In this document: in pieces, positions 59,032-64,000 of the stretch
How the letters are laid out: each line of letters starts with the position of its first letter
Position numbering within the stretch: the first letter of the stretch is position 1
NCBI GenBank assembly: GCA_963703955.1
Contig: CAVPGK010000021.1
Coordinates: 1 to 64,000, forward strand
From: Nitrospirota bacterium
GTDB taxonomy: Bacteria > Nitrospirota > Nitrospiria > Nitrospirales > Nitrospiraceae
Length of the DNA stretch: 64,000 bases
Reading direction: 5' to 3'
Position numbers and translations under genes: made by a program
Notes under the pieces: model-generated
Told to the model about the DNA's origin: nothing
The model's input: the letters and a program-made list of their open reading frames with translations, nothing else
The model's database searches: none

Positions 59032-59691
59032 TCACCTGTCTTTGTCGTCAGCCTTCGGAGCTGAGAAGGTGTCCGACTTATGGCGCAGCTTCTCGACCAA
59101 ATCTTCATACGAGGACGAGTGGAGAATCTTGGAGAATTGCCCTCGGTAGTTGCTGACCATACTGACCCCATCCAACACAAGGTCATAGACACGCCACTCA
59201 TCTGATTTTTTCAGGAGCCGATAATCCAGAGGGATTTCGGTCTTGCCTGTCATGATCTTGGTTCGCACCTCGGCATACCCGTCCTTGAGCCGCTCGTTCA
59301 GGAACTTGACCTGTTGCCCCGAGTAATCTTGGATTCTACTGGCGTACGTGTTGGTAAGGAGTTTCTGAAACAGTCCCACGAATTCGTGCTGTTGTGTTTC
59401 ATCCAATTTCGGCCACTGCGCGCCCAGGGATCTCTTGGCCATTTCCTCATAACTGAACCGTTCCTCGAACAGCTTTTCGAGTTTCTGGCGCCGCTCCCTA
59501 GCGTGCTCCGGCTTTTTCAGTTCCTTGTCCTCTAAAACGTGAACCATTTGATCAAGCAGATTCTGCACCGATTCGGTCGCGGTCATGGTGGCCAGACTCC
59601 GCGACCCCCCTATCATGAGGCTTCCCATGACAAGACCGAGCACGATCGGCCTCGCAGCGTACCGATTCGGTCTTTGAATCAACGACCACAT
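59032..59691 (-). CDS. mlaC: MlaC/Ttg2D (HpnM-like) lipid-binding protein
   Basis: MAKRSLG..W; WRVYDLVLDGVSMVSNYRGQF. Confidence 0.9.
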   Translation of the reverse strand: MWSLIQRPNRYAARPIVLGLVMGSLMIGGSRSLATMTATESVQNLLDQMVHVLEDKELKKPEHARERRQKLEKLFEERFSYEEMAKRSLGAQWPKLDETQQHEFVGLFQKLLTNTYASRIQDYSGQQVKFLNERLKDGYAEVRTKIMTGKTEIPLDYRLLKKSDEWRVYDLVLDGVSMVSNYRGQFSKILHSSSYEDLVEKLRHKSDTFSAPKADDKDR

Positions 59692-59733
59692 ATTCCCTCC
59701 ACTTTCGTTAAGCCTTCTTGCCTGTCTTGTCCA

Positions 59734-59834
59734 ACTGCGCGCATCGATTACACCCGCCCACCCCAGGCGCCATCTCACCCGCCCGCCCCGAGCTGGCCAA
59801 GACCAGCTCTTTGCCCGATGGACGCGCCCCTTCC
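59734..59834. repeat. Truncated family B core followed by a nested pair of family A repeats
   Basis: actgcgcgcatcga; then outer A 59751-59834 interrupted by inner A (gagctgg-ccaaga-ccagctc). Confidence 0.82.
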
Positions 59835-59863
59835 TGAAGGGTCCCCTCTCTTCACACCTTACA

Positions 59864-59959
59864 AGCGGGTAGTTCGGCTTGCCACTACTGCGCGCGTCCA
59901 CCGAGCACATTCTTATCGTGCGCGGTGCGCGAGCACGGTGGCTAGCCGAGCTACCCGCT
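59864..59959. repeat. Family B copy with 22-bp arms
   Basis: agcgggtagttcggcttgccac ... gtggctagccgagctacccgct around tactgcgcgcgtccaccgagcac-N9-gtgcgcggtgcgcgagcac. Confidence 0.88.
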
Positions 59960-59966
59960 CCTCCAT

Positions 59967-60410
59967 TCATTTTACGTTACCATGAATAAACTGACCAAGC
60001 AGTTGCTCCAAGTCAAGACCTGACTCCGTATCATGAATCTTATCGCCGGCTTTCAACGCCTCTCCGCCTCCGCCCGGTGACAACCCGACAAATTTTTCTC
60101 CGATGATGCCGCGCGTCTTGACCGACGCGATCGTATCGCTGTACAGCGTGACGCCGTCCTGAATCGCCATCTTGATGGAAGCCCGATCCTCCTTCAAGGT
60201 GATCGCCTTGATGCGCCCCACTTCCACTCCGGCGATTTCCACGGTGGCTCCCGGCTTCAATCCGGACGCCGAATCGAATTCCGCCTCAACTTCGTAAATG
60301 TGGCCGCCGATGAGCTCCAACTTCCCCAGCTTGATCGACAGATACCCTAGACAGACAAGGCCGATCGCGACGAAGATACCCACGATCAATTCCAGTTTGA
60401 CTTTCTCCAT
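59967..60410 (-). CDS. mlaD: MCE-domain protein MlaD
   Basis: GLKPGATVEIAGVEVGRI; TRGIIGEKFV. Confidence 0.93.
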   Translation of the reverse strand: MEKVKLELIVGIFVAIGLVCLGYLSIKLGKLELIGGHIYEVEAEFDSASGLKPGATVEIAGVEVGRIKAITLKEDRASIKMAIQDGVTLYSDTIASVKTRGIIGEKFVGLSPGGGGEALKAGDKIHDTESGLDLEQLLGQFIHGNVK

Positions 60411-60504
60411 GCCCCCTCCGCGGACGTGAGTCGTTACACGTTAATTGTCAAAGGGATTTTCAATCTCCTGAGCCAGATCATCCATCGAGCATCCCGATTC
60501 ACGA

Positions 60505-61254
60505 TTAACGATCAACCTTCAACGGTACGCTCCCTCCCGCCGTAATGAACTCCCGCACAGCCGGATCCGTTGTGCGTTGAAATTCCTCCGTGGGCGCCAT
60601 CACGGCAATCTTCCCGTCCTTCAGCATTGCGACCCAGTCTGAAATGGAAAAAATCTCCGGGATCTCATGGCTCACCATCACGGCGGTGAACTTGAACCGC
60701 TGCTGCGTCGCTGTGATCAGATCATGGATCGTCTTGGCCATTAGCGGATCCAATCCTGTGGTCGGCTCATCAAACAGGATGATTTCTGGCTCCATCACCA
60801 GGGCACGCGCGAGGCCCGTCCGCTTTTTCATCCCGCCGCTTAACTCGGCCGGAAACTTATACCCCATCCCGGACAGGCCGACCTGCTGCAGCTTCTCCTC
60901 GACCCGCCGCGTCACCTCCGTATTCGGCAGCCGGAGTTTCTCCCGCAACGGAAACGCGACGTTCTCAAAGACCGTCAAGGAATCAAACAGGGCCGCTCCT
61001 TGAAACAGCATCGCAAAGCGTTTTCTCACCTCGTTCAATTCTTTCGATTTGAGACGTGAGATTTCCACTCCATCGACCCAGACCTCCCCCTTGTCCGGCT
61101 GCAAGAGTCCGATGATGTGTTTGAGCAGCACGCTCTTTCCCCCGCCGCTCCGCCCGATCACGGTAGTCAGCTGACGAGCTGGGATCGTCAGATCGACCCC
61201 ATTCAGAACCGGCTGACCACCAAGTCTTTTCTCAACGCCGACAAGTTTGATCAT
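60505..61254 (-). CDS. mlaF: MlaF ABC ATPase
   Basis: GRSGGGKS, FQGAALFDS, LSGGMKKR. Confidence 0.93.
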   Translation of the reverse strand: MIKLVGVEKRLGGQPVLNGVDLTIPARQLTTVIGRSGGGKSVLLKHIIGLLQPDKGEVWVDGVEISRLKSKELNEVRKRFAMLFQGAALFDSLTVFENVAFPLREKLRLPNTEVTRRVEEKLQQVGLSGMGYKFPAELSGGMKKRTGLARALVMEPEIILFDEPTTGLDPLMAKTIHDLITATQQRFKFTAVMVSHEIPEIFSISDWVAMLKDGKIAVMAPTEEFQRTTDPAVREFITAGGSVPLKVDR

Positions 61255-61267
61255 GCGAATTCAACAC

Positions 61268-61320
61268 CGAGGACTGAGTGCTGAGGACTGAGGGAGTTCC
61301 TACACTCAGCACTCAGCGCT
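61268..61320. repeat. Inverted tandem heptamer repeat
   Basis: cgaggac-tgagtgc-tgaggac-tgaggga facing cactcag-cactcag. Confidence 0.65.
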
Positions 61321-61322
61321 TC

Positions 61323-62096
61323 CTAGAGCAGCACCGAGGTCAGGAAATAATCCCATACCAAGATCACAACCGACGACAAGACGACCGCTTGTGTCGTTGC
61401 CATTCCCAAGCCTTCGGCGCTCATTCTCGTGTAGTACCCCTTGTAGCAGCACACCCAGGTGATCAGGAGCCCGAAGCTGATGGACTTGAGAATGCCGCCA
61501 TAGACATCTTTCCATTCGACAGCCGACTCGATGGAGCTCCAATACGAGCCTGCGTTGACGCCCAGCAGATCGACCCCGACAAGATAGCCACCGTAAATTC
61601 CGACAACATCGAAAATCGCCACCAACAGAGGCACGCCGATCAGCCCTGCCACCACCTTCGGTGCAATGAGGTACTGCTGAGGATTGATGGCCATGGTATC
61701 GAGCGCGTCGATCTGTTCCGTAATGCGCATGATGCCGATTTCCGCCGTCATCGCCGACCCGGCGCGGGCGGTGACCATCAGCGAGGCCAGAACCGGTCCG
61801 AGTTCCCGAATCATACTCAACGCCACCGCGGAACCTAAGAGCGCTTCGGAGCCGAACTTTCTGAGCGTGTAATAGCCTTGCAATCCTAGCACCATGCCGG
61901 TAAAGGCGGCCGTGAGGATCACCACGAACATGGACTTATAGCCGATAAAGTGGAGTTGCTTGAAGATCTGGAACGGACGGAACGGCGGGCGAACGAGCCA
62001 CATGAAGGTGGTGAGCAGAAACAGCAGCATCCGCCCCATCTCCTCTACCAGCGACAGGGTCCTGCCGCCGAGGTGTGACAACGAGCGGATCACCAC
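61323..62096 (-). CDS. mlaE: MlaE permease
   Basis: RELGPVL..LMVTARAGSAMTAEIGIMRITEQIDAL. Confidence 0.95.
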   Translation of the reverse strand: MVIRSLSHLGGRTLSLVEEMGRMLLFLLTTFMWLVRPPFRPFQIFKQLHFIGYKSMFVVILTAAFTGMVLGLQGYYTLRKFGSEALLGSAVALSMIRELGPVLASLMVTARAGSAMTAEIGIMRITEQIDALDTMAINPQQYLIAPKVVAGLIGVPLLVAIFDVVGIYGGYLVGVDLLGVNAGSYWSSIESAVEWKDVYGGILKSISFGLLITWVCCYKGYYTRMSAEGLGMATTQAVVLSSVVILVWDYFLTSVLL

Positions 62097-62135
62097 TGGA
62101 ACATCCGCGTGACCATGAGGGTCCGGCGATGACGG

Positions 62136-62888
62136 CTATCCACGAAGATCATCGAAGAACCTCCCAAAAAAGACGGTGAGCCGGTCGGACGCCGTCGCGG
62201 CTTGTGAGCGCAGACGATGCAGGCCGATCAGAGAAGACGGTCGTGTCAAGCATGCCAACATTCCCTTCGGCCAGTCTATCGGATTTCTGAAGAGATTAAA
62301 ATCCACGGGAAGATCTTCGTCAAGCAAATCGGACACTGTCCGGATGACTGCAAACGGCATGTTCCATTCGACGGCACACATGCCCACGGCTGCGCTTTCC
62401 ATATCCAGACCAATGGCGCCGCTCTTGGCCGCGACCCTGCGCTTCTCATCGGCGCGCCATAGGATGCGCGGCACCGATACCACTCGACCGCTTCGCACTG
62501 AGATAGCTGTGGCTTTCGCTGCGATCACGGCCGCCTCGATCACATCGGAAACGCAGGAGATCGACTCACCTGCCCCGCCAAGATCATCGGGATTCTCTCC
62601 ACTGATCACATCCGTTCCGATCACCAGATCGCCGATACCGGAAGCGCTTAGCGCGCACACAAATCCTGAGGAGACAATCAGATCAAGCTGGTGATGTTGC
62701 AGCATCGCCCGGCAGGCCTCTTGCGCTTTGACCATCCCCACACCGGTTCGAATCACCATGACTTCGCACCGCCCCCGTTGCCCGATCAATCCGGGTCGGT
62801 CGCTAAGACGCCGCACCTTGCCGGAGAGCGCGCGGCGGACCGCGTTCAACTCCCATCGGGTTGCCATACAGATTCCGACCCGTTTCAC
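62136..62888 (-). CDS. hpnG: Nucleoside phosphorylase family protein, HpnG-like
   Basis: TGVG, DMESAA, RTVSD; directly downstream of shc. Confidence 0.7.
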   Translation of the reverse strand: MKRVGICMATRWELNAVRRALSGKVRRLSDRPGLIGQRGRCEVMVIRTGVGMVKAQEACRAMLQHHQLDLIVSSGFVCALSASGIGDLVIGTDVISGENPDDLGGAGESISCVSDVIEAAVIAAKATAISVRSGRVVSVPRILWRADEKRRVAAKSGAIGLDMESAAVGMCAVEWNMPFAVIRTVSDLLDEDLPVDFNLFRNPIDWPKGMLACLTRPSSLIGLHRLRSQAATASDRLTVFFGRFFDDLRG

Positions 62889-63093
62889 CCGGATGCACTC
62901 AACCGTTGCTTAGCCGTGTCGGTGAGAAGACTTTATCCGATCACACCAGCGAACCGAAAGGCTTCGGGTATGAGGACCGTTGAATGCATGCGCTATGCTC
63001 GGCGCTGATTCAACCAACCCTGGATGCGCGGCGTCTCGGCGAAAGAGCGAGCTTCGGCATGTTCGACCGGGCGGGGAACCCGTGTGGGGTGGC

Positions 63094-64000
63094 TTACCAT
63101 CCTGTATCAGACCGGAAGCACCCGGATTCCTGGGTGATCCGACGCAAGTCATCCGCCCGAGCGTACCCACGGGACCTGACGTTGCGATACATGGCGAGCG
63201 CCCAGAGAGGAAAGTATTGGCAGTACCAATGATAGCGGAGGTAGAAAACACGAGGGAACCCCGTGCCGGTGTGTCTGACCTCGACCCAAGATCCATCTTC
63301 CCGTTGATGCCGAAGTAGATAATTAACCCCCCGTACTGTGGTGAGCGAATCCGATACGCCGGCCGACAGCAAAGCCAGGATAGCCCAAGCCGTCTGCGAG
63401 GGCGTGCTGTCGCCCCGGCCGGCCTCGGCCTGATCCGCATAGGAGAGGCAGGATTCCCCCCATCCCCCGTCAGGATTCTGCTTGGACTGTAGCCACATGA
63501 CCGCTCGGCGGACCGACTCCGACGACATATCCTCGCCAATGGCCTTCAAGCCAGCTAAGACCGACCACGTGCCGTAAATATAGTTAACCCCCCAACGCCC
63601 ATACCAGCTTCCGTCGCTCTCCTGTTCTCGTCTGATAAATTCCAGCGCCGGTCGGACGGCCGGATGTCTGCGGTCATACCCAAGCGCCCCCAACATCTCA
63701 AGGCATCGCCCGGCAAGGTCGGCGGTACTGGGGTCCAGAAGCGCACGGTGGTCGGCAAACGGAATCAGATTGAAGACCATCTTATTGTTGTCTTTGTCGT
63801 AGGCGCCCCAGCCGCCATCAGAGCCTTGCATAGCCATGACCCACCGATATCCTCGAGCCATCGCCTGCTGCTGGACTTCACGATCAGCGAGGCGAAGCTT
63901 GGCCAACGCCATCAAGACCACGGCGCTATCATCGACGTCCGGATATCGCTCATTTTCAAACTGGAAGTACCATCCGCCGGGCTCTGCTGCGGGCGCCGAC
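63094..64000 (-). CDS. shc: Squalene-hopene cyclase, C-terminal part (runs off right edge)
   Basis: YPDVDDSA, QW repeats, GRWGVNYIYGT, GTGFPRVFYLRY. Confidence 0.97.
   Translation of the reverse strand, partial: SAPAAEPGGWYFQFENERYPDVDDSAVVLMALAKLRLADREVQQQAMARGYRWVMAMQGSDGGWGAYDKDNNKMVFNLIPFADHRALLDPSTADLAGRCLEMLGALGYDRRHPAVRPALEFIRREQESDGSWYGRWGVNYIYGTWSVLAGLKAIGEDMSSESVRRAVMWLQSKQNPDGGWGESCLSYADQAEAGRGDSTPSQTAWAILALLSAGVSDSLTTVRGVNYLLRHQREDGSWVEVRHTGTGFPRVFYLRYHWYCQYFPLWALAMYRNVRSRGYARADDLRRITQESGCFRSDTGW

Noticed and set aside
62890..63093. ncRNA between shc and hpnG
   Set aside because: Only weak hairpins (gttgaat/attcaac) and no family features

Overview
This window looks like a Nitrospirota (Nitrospira-like) chromosome segment; the taxonomy is inferred from gene content. 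Core content: ubiA; an 11-gene minus-strand respiratory operon (two CydA-like proteins without CydB, Rieske plus cytochrome b, five c-type cytochromes, an EbdC/NxrC-like protein); hpnH; a Ser/Thr kinase-PP2C-FHA operon; an egtB-like/egtD/ABC operon; tRNA-Cys; and an shc-hpnG-mlaEFDC-OM barrel-dxs-ispG block. Accessory content: the left end up to a 5'-half tRNA-Thr att scar (5601-5641); a mosaic patatin / Dyp-peroxidase / catalase-like cluster (29.3-40.3 kb); and a 7.3-kb integrase island (45806-53116) that duplicates the 5' half of tRNA-Cys and carries a nested tRNA-Ser attP relic and glycosylation cargo. Main signals: (1) two intergenic hairpin repeat families with covarying stems that nest inside each other; (2) three 5'-half tRNA att sites, two sitting under the native tRNA promoter; (3) the lipase/heme-enzyme cluster, whose catalase-like protein has Asn in place of the distal His. 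Many single-base frameshifts look like assembly errors, so pseudogene calls are cautious. All functional calls come from motif reading and memory of families; no database searches were run.
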